Part shown: positions 42,393-56,842 of the stretch, piece after piece
Layout: every line of letters starts with the position of its first letter
Position numbering within the stretch: position 1 is the stretch's first letter
NCBI GenBank assembly: GCA_963847185.1
Contig: CAWJYV010000010.1
Coordinates: 320,001-384,000 of the forward strand
Direction of reading: 5' to 3'
DNA length: 64,000 nt
Source: an uncultured Methanosarcinaceae archaeon
GTDB lineage: Archaea; Halobacteriota; Methanosarcinia; Methanosarcinales; Methanosarcinaceae
Made by a program: the position numbers and the translations under genes
The notes under the pieces: generated by a model
Seen by the model: the letters and a program-made list of their open reading frames with translations, nothing else
The model's database searches: none
Told to the model about the DNA's origin: nothing

Positions 42393-43052
42393 ATGATGAA
42401 ACGAATAGCAATTTTCTTTGTATTGGCGATGTTGCTTTTGATGCCATTTAATGCGATGGCAAGTGCTCCACAGGTATCCTGCAAAGCAGGTACATGCAGT
42501 AATTTAAAAATTACCAAAGTCACAATAAATCCTACAGGAAAAACTGCACCTGTGAAAGTTGGGTTTACAAGTTATATATCAGGACCTGTTAAACTTGTTC
42601 AATACACAGTGGTGAATCCTAAAACTGGAAAAACGGTTGGTTCAGCACGTGCCTACTGTTCAAAATGCACGAAAAAAGGGATATGTACCAGCAGTTGCGT
42701 TATAAAAGAAGCCGGAACTTTTGATGTGAAAGTGACTGCGTACGGTTCTGGAAACTGTTGTGTGAGCACGGTTAAAAAGGCAGCTTTTACATTAGCACCT
42801 GCAAAGACCTCTACGTCTACAGGGCTCGTTCCAAGTTTTAAATCTACTATCTCCGGAAAGAAAGTAACCTTCAAAGATACGACTTCAGGCGCTAAAGCTA
42901 CAAAATGGAGCTGGAATTTAGGTGATGGTTCCAGATCAACTGCACAGAATCCCAGTCACACCTACAAAAAGGCAGGAGCCTATACAGTTTGTTTGACTGT
43001 GTTTAGCGGTAATAATTATAAACTTGTCAGTAATCGCATAATTATTAAATAA
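42393..43052 (+). CDS. Secreted Cys-rich, basic PKD-domain protein
   Basis: Signal peptide ending in AMA. C-terminal PKD ([32 protein letters not shown]). Confidence 0.88.
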   Translation: MMKRIAIFFVLAMLLLMPFNAMASAPQVSCKAGTCSNLKITKVTINPTGKTAPVKVGFTSYISGPVKLVQYTVVNPKTGKTVGSARAYCSKCTKKGICTSSCVIKEAGTFDVKVTAYGSGNCCVSTVKKAAFTLAPAKTSTSTGLVPSFKSTISGKKVTFKDTTSGAKATKWSWNLGDGSRSTAQNPSHTYKKAGAYTVCLTVFSGNNYKLVSNRIIIK

Positions 43053-43309
43053 TAAAGGGAAAATAAAGGGAAAAAGATCCCTTCCTATTTTTAACGGATA
43101 TTGTTACTTCTACCTTTTTTGATTAATAACTCAAAAATAAATAAAAACTCAAAAACAAATTTTAGGTTTGGGATTGAATTTTAATATAAAAAATAAAAGA
43201 TATTCTGAACTCACAATGTGTAAGTTAGATATCTTTTTAAAACCTGGGAAATATCAGTAAGCCTGTCTAATCTGAAACGTCAACTTTCTATGCTTCTTAC
43301 TATTCAGGC

Positions 43310-43600
43310 TTAATCTACTAGCTGGTTAATTTTGTTGTAAAAATCTATTATAACATTTGTTGCCTCACTTTCCATGTTCAGCTGGAAAGTTCGGATTTGC
43401 TTCCCCAGTGGTTTTTCCAGGACGACTCCTGACACGACCAGAGGCGTGATAACCCTTGCAACACTGGAGTGCGATAGTCCAGTTGCTTCAGCTATTCCTG
43501 AAAGGTAGGTTGGTTCGTTCTTGTTTTCGATCAAATTCTTAAGTACCGTCATCTGTGCAGTTTTTCCAAAGATTTTTTCTATTGAGTCCATTAATATCAT
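43310..43600 (-). CDS. Small wHTH DNA-binding protein
   Basis: YLSGIAEATGLSHSSVARVITPLVVSGVV helix-turn-helix with wing. Confidence 0.85.
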   Translation of the reverse strand: MILMDSIEKIFGKTAQMTVLKNLIENKNEPTYLSGIAEATGLSHSSVARVITPLVVSGVVLEKPLGKQIRTFQLNMESEATNVIIDFYNKINQLVD

Positions 43601-43731
43601 CTCAGAGGTGGCTATTCTCTATAAGTGATTCAGTTCCAATAACTATCTACCGTTAATAAACTTATCTCTCTGTTGAATAAATTGGTATACTACAAAATTT
43701 TTTCTCAACGTTTAACATCAGAAAGCTTTAT

Positions 43732-43800
43732 ATTCTAACTTCTGCCTTTTTAAGCGCATAGATTCTAACTTCCGCCTTTTTAAGCGCATAGATTCAACTT
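43732..43800. repeat. 30-bp tandem duplication
   Basis: ATTCTAACTTCYGCCTTTTTAAGCGCATAG x2 plus a partial copy. Confidence 0.9.
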
Positions 43801-44209
43801 TTCATAATATCTTTTCGTTTTCCTGTGATCTCAGTAACTATTACTTCTCCATTTTGCAGTTCTACTTTCCTTATCTTTTCAAGCTTTAAAAATAAACTTT
43901 CTGTTGTATTGAATCGATCTTTGGACTCTGGTTCATGGCGATGTGGCGAAAATTTAAGGCAATCTCAAGTTCAAACATCGTTTTTGAGGTTAATCAATAG
44001 CTCATCAACTACCTGTCTTGGCAGCTAATTATTTCTAATTGTGTGAAAAAGCTTAACTATTAAAACCAGTTTAGGAATATAAAGAAGACTTCTAGGGATA
44101 GTTATTAGTTATAAGATCTTCAATCTGAATAAAATCTTTCAGTTTAATCGTTCATATATTCTTAAATCATCGGCCTGCATGAAAAGGCTCAAGCAACAGG
44201 AGATACATA

Positions 44210-44488
44210 ATGACATCAAGTCGATTCATCATTACAGTTATAGGTAGTGACCGTGTGGGAATTGTTGCCAGAATCACTACGGTGATGGCAAGTTTCAATG
44301 TAAATATTGTCGATATCAGCCAGACCATCATGCAGGGTATTTTTACCATGATTATGCTTGCAGAAGCCCCGCAGGAAAATTTTGACCTTGCGGCTTTTCA
44401 GGAAGCAATGGTTTCTGAAGGAAGGAGCCTTGGAGTCGAGGTAAAGGTACAGCATGAAGATGCTTTTCTTTTCATGCACAGGATCTGA
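44210..44488 (+). CDS. ACT-domain protein (UPF0237)
   Basis: [13 protein letters not shown]...NIVDISQTI...FMHRI. Confidence 0.92.
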   Translation: MTSSRFIITVIGSDRVGIVARITTVMASFNVNIVDISQTIMQGIFTMIMLAEAPQENFDLAAFQEAMVSEGRSLGVEVKVQHEDAFLFMHRI

Positions 44489-44511
44489 ACTGGAAAATCA
44501 GGGGGACTTTC

Positions 44512-45873
44512 ATGCTTATAAACCCGAATGAAATTCTGGAAACAATCCGGATGGTCAAAATGGAACATCTGGATATCAGGACCGTAACTATGGGAATCAG
44601 CCTCAGGGACTGCAGCCATCCTGATATCGATATTTTCAATCAAAATATCTACGAAAAAATAACTTCACGTGCAAAAGAACTTGTCCGCACAACTAATGAA
44701 ATCCAGAACCTTTATGGGATTCCCATAATCAACAAAAGGATCTCAGTAACCCCAATAGCTATTGTAGCCGAAAGCTGCAAAACTCCGGACTTTGTTTCTA
44801 TTGCAAAAACCCTGGATGAGGCTGCAAAGGAGGCAGGAGTGGATTTTATCGGAGGTTTCAGTGCCCTTGTCCATAAAGGGACAACTCCAGGGGATTTGAA
44901 ACTCATAAATTCGATTCCCGAAGCTCTCGCATGCACTGAAAAGGTCTGTTCATCGGTGAATGTTGCTACCACGAAAGCCGGAATCAATATGGATGCAGTT
45001 GGCCTGATGGGCAATATCATCAAAAGAGCTGCTGAACTGACTGCTGATAGGGACGGAATTGGCTGTGCCAAACTTGTAATTTTTGCCAATGCCCCGGAAG
45101 ACAATCCTTTTATGGCAGGAGCTTTCCATGGAATAGGAGAACCTGAATGCGTGATCAATGTAGGCGTAAGCGGACCTGGAGTTGTGAACGCTGCTGTTCG
45201 AGAACTTGAAAATCCTAATCTTACGGAGATCTCGGAGACCATCAAAAAGACAGCTTTCAAAATAACCCGCATGGGAGAAATGGTAGGCAGAGAGGTTTCT
45301 CGAAGGCTTGGTGTTGAATTCGGGATCCTTGACCTTTCCCTGGCTCCGACTCCGGAGATTGGAGACAGTGTTGCTGCCATTCTGGAAGCAATGGGACTTG
45401 AACGATGTGGGGCCCATGGAACAACTGCAGCCCTCGCCCTTCTGAATGATGCGGTAAAGAAAGGAGGAGCAATGGCATCTTCCTGTGTAGGCGGCCTTAG
45501 CGGGGCTTTTATCCCTGTCAGTGAGGACGCAGGCATGATAGAAGCCGTTAAAGCAGGGGCTCTTACCCTGGAAAAACTCGAAGCTATGACAAGTATCTGC
45601 TCAGTCGGGCTTGATATGATTGCAGTGCCGGGAAACACTCCAGCTTCCACACTTTCTGCAATTATAGCCGACGAAATGGCAATAGGGGTAATTAACAAAA
45701 AAACTACCGCAGTGAGGATTATCCCTGCACCCGGAAAAGGAATTGGAGATTCCGTAGAATTCGGCGGGCTGCTTGGAAGTGCTCCTATTATGCCAGTAAG
45801 TAACTTCAGTTCAGAGGTTTTTGTAAAGCGGGGAGGAAGAATCCCAGCTCCGATTCAGTCGCTGACAAACTGA
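44512..45873 (+). CDS. UPF0210/DUF711 (PFL-like) protein
   Basis: [43 protein letters not shown]. Usual partner of the ACT gene. Confidence 0.92.
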   Translation: MLINPNEILETIRMVKMEHLDIRTVTMGISLRDCSHPDIDIFNQNIYEKITSRAKELVRTTNEIQNLYGIPIINKRISVTPIAIVAESCKTPDFVSIAKTLDEAAKEAGVDFIGGFSALVHKGTTPGDLKLINSIPEALACTEKVCSSVNVATTKAGINMDAVGLMGNIIKRAAELTADRDGIGCAKLVIFANAPEDNPFMAGAFHGIGEPECVINVGVSGPGVVNAAVRELENPNLTEISETIKKTAFKITRMGEMVGREVSRRLGVEFGILDLSLAPTPEIGDSVAAILEAMGLERCGAHGTTAALALLNDAVKKGGAMASSCVGGLSGAFIPVSEDAGMIEAVKAGALTLEKLEAMTSICSVGLDMIAVPGNTPASTLSAIIADEMAIGVINKKTTAVRIIPAPGKGIGDSVEFGGLLGSAPIMPVSNFSSEVFVKRGGRIPAPIQSLTN

Positions 45874-45959
45874 ATAGTAGCTTTTCACATTTCTCCAAAG
45901 ATTAAACTTATTATAAAATCTTAATCCTATTTTTCAATCTTTGGCTTATTTTTTTAGAC

Positions 45960-46910
45960 TTATTTTTTGGGCTTTTTTTTAAATTCATTTTTTTCTTCGC
46001 TTTCAGTCCAGAGAGATCTCATCATTTCCCTTATCCCTTCTATTTTTTTAATATTGGCTTCGTCATTTATTATGTCGAGATCATTGAAAGATTCAAGGGC
46101 AAGCTTGGCTGCAATAGAGGCATTATTCAGGTATCCGTTCTCTGCGGTGCCCATAATTGTCTGAAGGGCAGAAGCTGCCTGAAAAACCGCGTTTTCCATG
46201 TTTTCTTTCTCAGCTTTTTTTCCGATATCTTCAATAGAGCTGGCAATACTTCTCACTGAATCTTGAAGATTTTCCTGCATGGCTGCTGCAGCCATCTCCA
46301 GGAGCATAAGTTCCACTCCGACTGCAGCCTCTTCCAGACTTTTTTGAGCTGTAAGTTTTCCCAGGTCTCCAAGGCAGGAAATGCATACTGCAGCATTTTC
46401 AGAAATGTCCGGAAATTTCATTTTATAAACTGCTTTTCCGATTTCTCCAAGTCCGATAACAACTGCTATGGTTTCTCTCTCCTTATTCAGGAGAGCTGCC
46501 GTATTTCCGCTTTTTCCAAGCACTGAGGCTGCAAGTTTAGCTACAGTCTCAAGCTGCTGCTCTGCAGCTGCTTTTCCAATGATTCCAAAAGATAGTAGAA
46601 CTTTGACAGTCGTACTTTCAGTATTCTGGTCCATAGAACACTGAAGCATTTTTTCAAGAGCCTTTATAGCATTGACTGCCGCATTCTCCATCCCTTGCAG
46701 GGCAGCAGCCTTTCCGATTTCCTTTATGGAAACCACCATTCTTTCAGCTTCCTGCTCCTTTCTTTTATTAAGATACCCTGTACCTGTTTCTGTCAGGAAA
46801 CTGAGGGCCTGGCTTACTCCTTCGTTGAACTTATCGTTAATCGAAGCTAACCCCAAATTTATCATATTGTCTTCTTCTTTTGAAAGCAAGACCATAAGAC
46901 TCATTCCCAT
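45960..46910 (-). CDS. Alpha-helical repeat (HEAT-like) hypothetical protein
   Basis: Recurring (E/I/D)IGKxA...E helical units. The true start may be MINLGL at about 46866. Confidence 0.75.
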   Translation of the reverse strand: MGMSLMVLLSKEEDNMINLGLASINDKFNEGVSQALSFLTETGTGYLNKRKEQEAERMVVSIKEIGKAAALQGMENAAVNAIKALEKMLQCSMDQNTESTTVKVLLSFGIIGKAAAEQQLETVAKLAASVLGKSGNTAALLNKERETIAVVIGLGEIGKAVYKMKFPDISENAAVCISCLGDLGKLTAQKSLEEAAVGVELMLLEMAAAAMQENLQDSVRSIASSIEDIGKKAEKENMENAVFQAASALQTIMGTAENGYLNNASIAAKLALESFNDLDIINDEANIKKIEGIREMMRSLWTESEEKNEFKKKPKK

Positions 46911-47138
46911 AAGTTGTATTTCTTGTCAGAAATTCCTCTTTAATATAGAGACTTATATTTCTTCATTTATAAATGGAATTCAACTGGATAAAGTGAGGTT
47001 TTTCTAGAAATATCTAAAAAAGTTGTAGCAGATTACGGCATTTATCAGGAGTTTGATTCTAAACCAAACAAAGCAGAAATGCCTGATTCCCGGATAAAAA
47101 TAAATAACATGCGTTTATTACTTCATTAATAGATATCC

Positions 47139-47369
47139 ATGGTAATAGGAGTTACAATGATAAATGTGCTGCCAGGGTATGAGAAGGCAGCATTCAGGGA
47201 ACTGAAGAACATAGAAGGGATTAAGGACGTTTATCACGTTTTTGGGGAATATGATTTTGTAGTAATTATAGAGGTCAAAGATCTAAGCTTCCTGAATTCT
47301 GTTGTAGATAGAATCAGAGAAAGCGAAACTGTAACTGCTACACAGACAATTGTAGGGGCAGAACTCTAA
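47139..47369 (+). CDS. Lrp/AsnC ligand-binding (RAM) domain-only protein
   Basis: VYHVFGEYDFVVIIE...IR...V..TQT, with no HTH. Confidence 0.88.
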   Translation: MVIGVTMINVLPGYEKAAFRELKNIEGIKDVYHVFGEYDFVVIIEVKDLSFLNSVVDRIRESETVTATQTIVGAEL

Positions 47370-47656
47370 GCTGCTGACTGTCATTGAAAGTAAGCATCTT
47401 ATGATCATCCTGCAGGAACAAAAAAGCCCGATATACTTTTTAGCAGGATCTTACATTTGTACCTTAACCTTTTATTGAAACAGAAGCTTTGGCTTTGAAA
47501 TTTTGTAGAATCCTTTCTGAAATAGTTACTCCGCTAGAAAATAGGATTCTCAAGCATCCCTGCCTTAAATATTTATAAGGGTAAATAATAAGGTGACATT
47601 AGATTTATTTTGGTAAGGAAACGTTAGATTGATTTTTCATCCTGAGGTAAAATTCC

Positions 47657-49522
47657 ATGGAAGTCCCCATTGCAGAAGAACTTGCTAAAAAACAAAAGTC
47701 AATAAGCGTTGCAGAATTTTTTGAGAAAAACAGGCAAATCCTGGGCTTTGACTCTGCACCCCGAAGCCTTATTACGACCGTAAAAGAAGCTGTTGATAAT
47801 TCTCTCGACGCCTGTGAAGAAGCAGGTATCCTGCCTGATATCCTTGTCCAGGTCGAAAGGACAGGGCAGGACTACGTAACTGTTATTATAGAAGACAACG
47901 GGCCCGGAATCATAAAAGAGCAAATTCCAAAAGTCTTTGGAAAACTCCTTTACGGTTCGAGGTTCCATGCCCTCAAGCAGAGCAGGGGGCAGCAGGGAAT
48001 AGGGATTTCTGCGGCTGTGCTCTATTCCCAGATGACTGCAGGCAGGCATACAAAAATTCTCTCAAAGACCAGTTCCGATGCTCCAGCTCATTATTACGAA
48101 CTCATGATCAATACAAGCACAAATGAGCCTGAAATCCTGATAGATGAGATTAAGGACTGGTTCCGTCCCCACGGGACCCAGGTAGAACTGGAGATGAGAG
48201 CTGCTTATGTAAAAGGAAGAAGGCAGTCCATTTATGAATACCTGAAAGCGACTGCAATCGTAAATCCTCATGCAAGGGTCACGCTTATTGATCCTGATGG
48301 CAATGAGGAAGTTTTTGAAAGGGCTACGGATAAAATGCCTGATCCCGCAGAAGAAATCCTGCCCCATCCTGAAGGAATTGAGCTTGGAACTCTTATGAAA
48401 ATGCTCCATTACACTGAGCGCCAGAGGCTTGCTCCTTTTCTCAGGTATTCTTTTTGTAAAATAGGCCTTCTCACTGCAGAAGAGATCTGTAAGGCTTCAG
48501 GGCTTGATCCTGAAATCGATCCTCATGCCCTTGGCCGCCACGAGGCAAGAAAGTTAATTGAAGCATTTGAGAAGGTAAAGATTATGGCTCCTCCAACGGA
48601 CTGTCTTTCTCCGATCGGGGAAGAACTGATCTACAGAGGGCTTGAAAAAGAGACAAATGTGGACTTTATTGCTACAAGCACACGGAAACCTGCAGTATAC
48701 TCAGGAAACCCCTTTGTAGTGGAAGTAGGGCTTGCATACGGGGGAAATCTTTCAAAAGAAGATAAGATAAGCATTATGCGCTTTGCTAACCGTGTGCCTT
48801 TGCTTTATCAGCAGGGAGGCTGCGTTACTACCCATGCTGTAGAAGATATAAAGTGGAAGCAATATGGCTTAAATCAGCCAGGTGGAGGAATACCTGTCGG
48901 GCCTGTTATTCTTCTGATCCATGTGGCTTCTATCAACGTGCCTTTCACCTCAGAATCAAAGGATGCGATTGCGGATATTCCTGTGATAAAAGAAGAAGTA
49001 GATCTTGCAGTGAAAGATGTCGCAAGAAAACTTAAGCAGTACCTGAGCAAGCAAGATACTCTCAAAAAACGCCGGGAAAAAGAGATAATTATTACGAAAG
49101 TGCTTCCGAAAATGGCTTTAAAGGTCGCCAATATTCTGGACAGGGAAGTCCCTGATATCAGCCCTGTTGTTGCAAAGATTATGGGAAATTTACTCGTACA
49201 CAGGAAAGTGAAAAAGAATGAAGACGGGACTGCGGATATTGTAATAAAAGTAAAGAACTTCGGAAGCTCGACACAGTCCTTCAGGGTTCATGAGATGCTC
49301 CCCTGGACAATTAGCAGGGCAAAACCCGAACCAAAGATCGTGACTATGGGTAACGATTACGATTATATCTGGGACATCTCGTCATCAACAGGGTCTTCAA
49401 AGGTGCTCAGCTACAGGCTAGAGTCTGTAACGGATAAAGAACTCGAAAAACTTCCTCAACTTATTGTTGAAGGGCTTGCAGAAGAACTTGTCACCGGGGC
49501 AAAAGCCTTTAAGGGGTTATGA
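47657..49522 (+). CDS. top6B: DNA topoisomerase VI subunit B
   Basis: [57 protein letters not shown]. Confidence 0.98.
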   Translation: MEVPIAEELAKKQKSISVAEFFEKNRQILGFDSAPRSLITTVKEAVDNSLDACEEAGILPDILVQVERTGQDYVTVIIEDNGPGIIKEQIPKVFGKLLYGSRFHALKQSRGQQGIGISAAVLYSQMTAGRHTKILSKTSSDAPAHYYELMINTSTNEPEILIDEIKDWFRPHGTQVELEMRAAYVKGRRQSIYEYLKATAIVNPHARVTLIDPDGNEEVFERATDKMPDPAEEILPHPEGIELGTLMKMLHYTERQRLAPFLRYSFCKIGLLTAEEICKASGLDPEIDPHALGRHEARKLIEAFEKVKIMAPPTDCLSPIGEELIYRGLEKETNVDFIATSTRKPAVYSGNPFVVEVGLAYGGNLSKEDKISIMRFANRVPLLYQQGGCVTTHAVEDIKWKQYGLNQPGGGIPVGPVILLIHVASINVPFTSESKDAIADIPVIKEEVDLAVKDVARKLKQYLSKQDTLKKRREKEIIITKVLPKMALKVANILDREVPDISPVVAKIMGNLLVHRKVKKNEDGTADIVIKVKNFGSSTQSFRVHEMLPWTISRAKPEPKIVTMGNDYDYIWDISSSTGSSKVLSYRLESVTDKELEKLPQLIVEGLAEELVTGAKAFKGL

Positions 49523-49523
49523 A

Positions 49524-50633
49524 ATGGCCGGAGAAGCAAATAGTAAAACAGCTCAGGGAGATGCTCTGGCAAGAGACCGACTTCTTGAGCTTGCAGAAAA
49601 GATCTACAGGCAGTTTGAAGAAGAGCTTATTCCAAGCGTCAGCCTGCCTAGCCGAACAAAAGCAAACATAGAATATTCCGAAGAGAGTGATGTCTGGGTC
49701 TATGGAGACAGAGAAAGCGAAAGAAGTGCGAAAACCGTAAAAGGCGCTTTTCAGCTTCTGAAGACTACTTATGCGACAGACTTCCTTATAAAAGAACACC
49801 TGGCACATAACCGCGGCTCAACGCTTCGAGAACTTTACTATATCTCGGAAGGCTGGGACGCTGCCAAGTTTAAGGAACAGGCTGAAAGCGACCGCCTGAT
49901 CGAAGACCTGGAACTCCTCACCAGCCTCCAGAGGGAGTATTTCCACATGCGTCCCGAAGAAGACGGGGCTACCATGTTCGGGCCTATCGAAATTTCGGAG
50001 CAGACAAAGCGGGGAGAGCGGAATATCCACTGCCAGAAAGATGTTGGTGAGGGAGGGTACCAGATCCCTTTCAACGTTGAGAACATCGAGTTTAAGTCTC
50101 ACGACGCCAGCATGATAATAGCTATAGAAACCGGTGGTATGTATGCCAGATTAATGGAAAACGGTTTTGATGAAGCCCACAATGCAATTCTTGTCCATCT
50201 CAAAGGCCAGCCTGCAAGATCAACCAGGCGGATGATCAAGCGCATGAGCGAGGAATTAAGCCTTCCTGTAGCTGTCTTTACTGACGGTGACCCCTGGTCT
50301 TACAGAATCTTTGCCTCTGTTGCCTACGGCGCTATAAAAAGCGCCCATCTTTCGGAATTCATGGCCACACCTGCAGCCAAATTCCTGGGAGTTCAGCCTT
50401 CGGATATAGTTGAATATGAACTTTCGACTGATAAGCTCACAGAGCAGGACATAAATGCCCTGCGGAGTGAACTTTCGGACCCCCGTTTTGAATCCGAGTA
50501 CTGGAAAGAACAGATTCAGCTCCAGCTTGATATAGGGAAAAAGGCTGAACAGCAGGCTTTTGCAGGAAAAGGTCTGGACTTTGTAACCGAGGTGTACCTG
50601 CCTAACAGACTCAAAGAAATGGGTATGCTCTGA
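49524..50633 (+). CDS. top6A: DNA topoisomerase VI subunit A
   Basis: STLRELYY catalytic Tyr, AIET, FTDGDPW Toprim, KAEQQA. ATG at 49524. Confidence 0.98.
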   Translation: MAGEANSKTAQGDALARDRLLELAEKIYRQFEEELIPSVSLPSRTKANIEYSEESDVWVYGDRESERSAKTVKGAFQLLKTTYATDFLIKEHLAHNRGSTLRELYYISEGWDAAKFKEQAESDRLIEDLELLTSLQREYFHMRPEEDGATMFGPIEISEQTKRGERNIHCQKDVGEGGYQIPFNVENIEFKSHDASMIIAIETGGMYARLMENGFDEAHNAILVHLKGQPARSTRRMIKRMSEELSLPVAVFTDGDPWSYRIFASVAYGAIKSAHLSEFMATPAAKFLGVQPSDIVEYELSTDKLTEQDINALRSELSDPRFESEYWKEQIQLQLDIGKKAEQQAFAGKGLDFVTEVYLPNRLKEMGML

Positions 50634-50722
50634 GCGAACTTACTGGAGCTATCTATAGTAAAGCTCTTAACTTCATTCACTAATCAAAAAAAGAAATAAA
50701 CCGCTGAAAGCGCGGAAACCAC

Positions 50723-51000
50723 CCCGAGTTCCGCTTCCCGAGTTCTGCTTCCCGAGTTCCGCTTCGGGAGCACGGGGTCTGTTTCACTCGCTTTGCTCGC
50801 TCAAGCAGACTAATTTAGGATTTAGAATCCAATTTCGCCTCGGGAGCACGGGGTCTGTTTCACTCGCTTTGCTCGCTCAAGCAGGCTAGTTTAGGATTTA
50901 GAATCCAGAATTCCTCATCGGAGGCACGGGAAACAGAAGATTTTATGGGAGTTGCACTGCAAGTGCAACTGCAAGGATCTGATTCGCTACGCTCGAGAGA
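50723..51000. repeat. Composite GC-rich intergenic repeat element
   Basis: CCCGAGTTCYGCTT x3 (50723-50764), a 68-bp direct repeat x2 (50764-50831, 50840-50907) containing TCGCTTTGCTCG, then a GTTGCACT/AGTGCAAC palindrome and TCGCTACGCTCG. Confidence 0.85.
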
Positions 51001-51171
51001 GTTATTTGCGAACAGTAAAAATGCTTTCCTCTCCTAAAGGGAACTAATTTGAGAAACTACAATTTTTCACTAAATTGGGGCTAGGTTGGGATTTTTCGAA
51101 ATCTTTTAGGATCAAAAGTCTTACCTACATGCAAATGGCATATGAGCTTAATAAATGAGGGAATTGGTACT

Positions 51172-51574
51172 ATGAAAATAAATTATATCAATCCTGAGAA
51201 TATGGCTAAGCCGAGAGGATACTCGCATGCCATAACTGTGGAAGGGAATCATAAAACAGTTTATATCGGCGGACAAAATGCCATCGATGAAAATGGGAAT
51301 CTTGTCGGCAAGAATGACCTTATAAAACAAACAGAACAGGTTTTAGCAAACATTGAAAAAATAATGGATAAAGTGGGGGCAAAAATTGAAAATATTGTAA
51401 AACTTAATATTCATCTTCTTCAGGGTAATAAATCCTCAAGAGGGCTTTCAAGTTTTTCAGCAAAGATGGGGAACAAATCAAAATTTTCCAACAATAACTG
51501 TTCTGTTTGTTGCAGGATTGTCAAATCCCGACTGGTTGATTGAAATAGACGCGATAGCAGTAATTCCGGAATAA
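51172..51574 (+). pseudogene. RidA/YjgF-family protein, +1 frameshift near 51430
   Basis: PRGYSHAI...VYIGGQ...QTEQVLANI. Continues in a shifted frame as FPTITVLFVAGLSNPDWLIEIDAIAVIPE*. Confidence 0.87.
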
Positions 51575-52229
51575 TGCGTTATGTCCATGAGTCTTTGACC
51601 ATATTTAAAAAAATCATACTCCTATTTTTGGGAAAAATACATAGACTATATGCGTTATTTTCGATAGCTTGCGGAAACTAATCAAAAACTGAAGTAAGCT
51701 TTTTCCTGCTGTCTTCATTTTCTATGTTTATAGAACCTTCAAATTGCTTTATCGGGCAATACTTTTTCATATATCTGAAAATATTTTAAATTCGAATTTG
51801 TAAAGGTATCTTCAAAGACTTCTAAAATGCCGCGAGTCATGCCCTGACTCTCAAGATACGACAAATTTTTCTGATCGGAACAGGAAATATTTATTTAACC
51901 TAAAGACGTACTAAAAAATTAGTATGAAAAGTGCATATTTGAATGCAAAATTATGTCAAAATTCCTTTTTTCAAGAGAATTTACACCGAAAAATCTGGTG
52001 GAATTTTCCGTGAATCTAAAGACTTAAAATGTATGAGCGCATATTGAATTTGGTTCGTGGTAGAAACAATAATAATTAAATATAAAAATTTTATAATAAA
52101 ATTTGAAGGTTTACAAAATTGATACGATTTCTAAAACCTATTTTGATGAAAGTTTTCCCGCGAATTTTTAAAAAAAGCTAGAATGTCGCTAGCTTCAGAA
52201 AATAATTATTAGATTTTTATGGAGAATAA

Positions 52230-54140
<1,911 letters not shown>

Positions 54141-54151
54141 GGTGGCTAAAA

Positions 54152-56842
54152 ATGGCAAAATACGAAGAAGAAATATCAGATGCTGAATTAAGAAAATCTT
54201 ATCAGGCTACCCTTATTCCGGAAGAGAAAGACGAAGAACCGGAAAAAAGGGAAAATTCAGTCGCCCTTACCCACGAAGAACCGGGCAAAAAACTCGAACT
54301 AACCACATCAGATCCTGCTTCAGACGAGCCTGAGGATGAGGGGCCGGAATCTGAAAGGACAGGAGTTTCTGCTATTCTCATCGACGATGAGATGAAACGC
54401 TCTTACATCAACTATGCAATGAGTGTAATTGTCGGAAGGGCACTTCCCGATGCCAGGGATGGCTTGAAGCCTGTCCACCGCAGAATCCTCTTTTCAATGA
54501 AAGAATCCGGGATTACTCACGACAAGCCCTACAAGAAGTCAGCCCGTGTGGTAGGTGATGTGCTCGGTAAATACCACCCTCATGGAGATTCTGCTGTTTA
54601 TGACAGTATCGTGAGGATGGTGCAGGAATTTTCACTGCGCTATCCTTTAATTGACGGGCAGGGTAACTTCGGATCCATTGATGGGGACGAGGCTGCAGCC
54701 ATGCGTTACACTGAAGTCCGCATGGACAGAATTGCAGAAGAGATGCTAATTGACATCGAGAAAGAAACAGTTCCCTTCAGGCCCAATTACGACGGATCTC
54801 TGGAAGAGCCTGAGGTTCTGCCTGCAAAACTTCCTAACCTCCTGATCAACGGATCAACCGGGATTGCTGTAGGTATGGCTACAAATATGGCCCCTCATAA
54901 CATCTCTGAGGTTATCGACGGGACTCTCATGCTCATAGAAAACCCGGAAACCACAGTTCAGGAACTCATGACCGTAATCAAGGGCCCGGACTTTCCTACA
55001 GGGGCACATATCCTTGGAACTGCAGGCATAAGATCTGCATACATGACCGGAAGGGGCCCTGTAAAGATAAGGGCAGTTGCCGAAATTCAGGAGTTAAAGA
55101 AAGACAGAGAGCAGATTATCATAACAGAGCTCCCCTATCAGGTAAACAAGGCTCGCATGATTGAAAACATTGCTCAGCTTGCCAGGGAAAAGGTAATTGT
55201 AGGAATTTCCGATCTCAGGGATGAGTCTGACAGGGATGGGATCAGGGTTGTTATTGAGCTTTCTCGAGGCACGAATCCGAAGGTTATTTTAAACCAGCTC
55301 TACAAGCACACTCAGATGGAGACCACTTTTGGGGTAATCAATCTGGCTCTTGTGGACGGGAAGCCAAAAGAGCTGAACCTTAGAGAGCTTCTCAATATCT
55401 ACCTGGACTACAGGATGGAAATTATCCAGAAGCGGACCATCTATGATCTCAGAAAGAGCGAGGAAAGAGCTCATATTCTGGAAGGGCTGAAGATCGCCCT
55501 TGATAACATAGACGAGATAGTTGCTCTCATCAAAGGCTCAGCAAATGCAGATGAGGCAAAGCAGGGGCTGATGAATAATTTCTCCCTTGATGAAGTCCAG
55601 TCAAAAGCTATTCTGGATATGCGCCTGCAGCGTCTGACAGGACTTGAGACCCAGAAAATTGTTGAGGAACTCGTAGGCCTTCTGAAATTGATCGAGGAAC
55701 TCAAGAAAATCATTGAAAGCGACGAACTTAAGTACGAAATTATTAGAAACGAGCTTCTGGAGCTCAGAGAAAAATACGGGGACGTCCGCAGGACTAAAAT
55801 CTTGCAGGCTGCTGCCGAGGTTACAAATGAAGACCTGATCCCTGAAGAAGACGTTGTTGTCACGATTACAAATGGAGGATACATTAAGCGGATTCCCCTT
55901 GACACCTATTCCATGCAACGCAGAGGAGGAAGGGGAGTAATGGGTATGGAGACAAAGGAAGAAGACTTTGTGGAAAATCTCTTCATTTCCTCGACTCACA
56001 ATTATATCCTTTTCTTCACGAACCTGGGAAGGCTCTACTGGCAGAAAGTCTATGAGATCCCTGAAGGCTCCCGCCAGTCAAGAGGTAAAGCCATAGTAAA
56101 CCTGCTTGAACTTCAGGAAGGCGAAATGGTCAATGCCCTGATTCCTGTGAAGGAATTTGCCGAAGACAGGCATCTGCTTATGGCCACCAGAGCAGGTACG
56201 ATCAAGAAGACTCCTCTCTCTGAGTTCAGAAACCCCAGGAAAGCCGGCATAATTGCAGTTACTCTGGATGAAGGCGACGAGCTCGTAAAAGTTCTCCGGA
56301 CCAACGGGAAAAAAGAAGTGGTAATGGTCTCTAAAAAAGGTAAAGCCATCCGTTTCTCGGAAGAAGACGTCCGCCCTATGGGCAGAACTGCAAGAGGAGT
56401 TCGCGGCATGACCCTTGAAGGTCCTGATGACGAAGTTGTCAGCATGGATATTGCAGACGATACTACAACCCTTCTGACAGTAACTGAGAATGGTTTTGGT
56501 AAAAGAACCGAGTACTCTGAGTACCCGACCCACCGCCGCGGTGGAAAAGGCGTGATTACAATCGTCAGGAACGTCAGGAACGGCTTTGTCTCCAAAGTCA
56601 AGTCCGTAGCTCAAGATGATGAGCTTATGCTCACCAGTGCAGAAGGCATCATTATTCGCATGCCTGCCAGAGACATCACAGTCCAGGGCAGAAACACTCA
56701 GGGCGTAAGGGTTATGAACCTCAAACCAGGGGACAAAGTAGTAGGTGTAGCAAGAATCAAAGCCGAAACCGAAGAAGAAAAGCAGCTTAGGCTGACATCC
56801 TTAGAAGCTGGAATAGTAAAAAAGCTCAGAGGAAGCACCTGA
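54152..56842 (+). CDS. gyrA: DNA gyrase subunit A (true end probably 56962, including an acidic tail)
   Basis: [23 protein letters not shown], GyrA-box QRRGGRG, pinwheel repeats. Confidence 0.98.
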   Translation: MAKYEEEISDAELRKSYQATLIPEEKDEEPEKRENSVALTHEEPGKKLELTTSDPASDEPEDEGPESERTGVSAILIDDEMKRSYINYAMSVIVGRALPDARDGLKPVHRRILFSMKESGITHDKPYKKSARVVGDVLGKYHPHGDSAVYDSIVRMVQEFSLRYPLIDGQGNFGSIDGDEAAAMRYTEVRMDRIAEEMLIDIEKETVPFRPNYDGSLEEPEVLPAKLPNLLINGSTGIAVGMATNMAPHNISEVIDGTLMLIENPETTVQELMTVIKGPDFPTGAHILGTAGIRSAYMTGRGPVKIRAVAEIQELKKDREQIIITELPYQVNKARMIENIAQLAREKVIVGISDLRDESDRDGIRVVIELSRGTNPKVILNQLYKHTQMETTFGVINLALVDGKPKELNLRELLNIYLDYRMEIIQKRTIYDLRKSEERAHILEGLKIALDNIDEIVALIKGSANADEAKQGLMNNFSLDEVQSKAILDMRLQRLTGLETQKIVEELVGLLKLIEELKKIIESDELKYEIIRNELLELREKYGDVRRTKILQAAAEVTNEDLIPEEDVVVTITNGGYIKRIPLDTYSMQRRGGRGVMGMETKEEDFVENLFISSTHNYILFFTNLGRLYWQKVYEIPEGSRQSRGKAIVNLLELQEGEMVNALIPVKEFAEDRHLLMATRAGTIKKTPLSEFRNPRKAGIIAVTLDEGDELVKVLRTNGKKEVVMVSKKGKAIRFSEEDVRPMGRTARGVRGMTLEGPDDEVVSMDIADDTTTLLTVTENGFGKRTEYSEYPTHRRGGKGVITIVRNVRNGFVSKVKSVAQDDELMLTSAEGIIIRMPARDITVQGRNTQGVRVMNLKPGDKVVGVARIKAETEEEKQLRLTSLEAGIVKKLRGST

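Noticed and set aside
44712-45698. 328-aa antisense ORF, and similar ORFs opposite mgtA, nrdJ, gyrA and top6
   Set aside because: Shadow frames of well-supported genes with no motifs of their own.
50723-50907. Possible CRISPR array
   Set aside because: The repeats are directly tandem or separated by only 8 nt, there are no unique 30-40 nt spacers, and no cas genes are present.
56817-56824. A-AAA-AAG slippery heptamer in gyrA as a programmed -1 frameshift
   Set aside because: The -1 frame reaches TGA after about 15 codons and does not reach the acidic tail.
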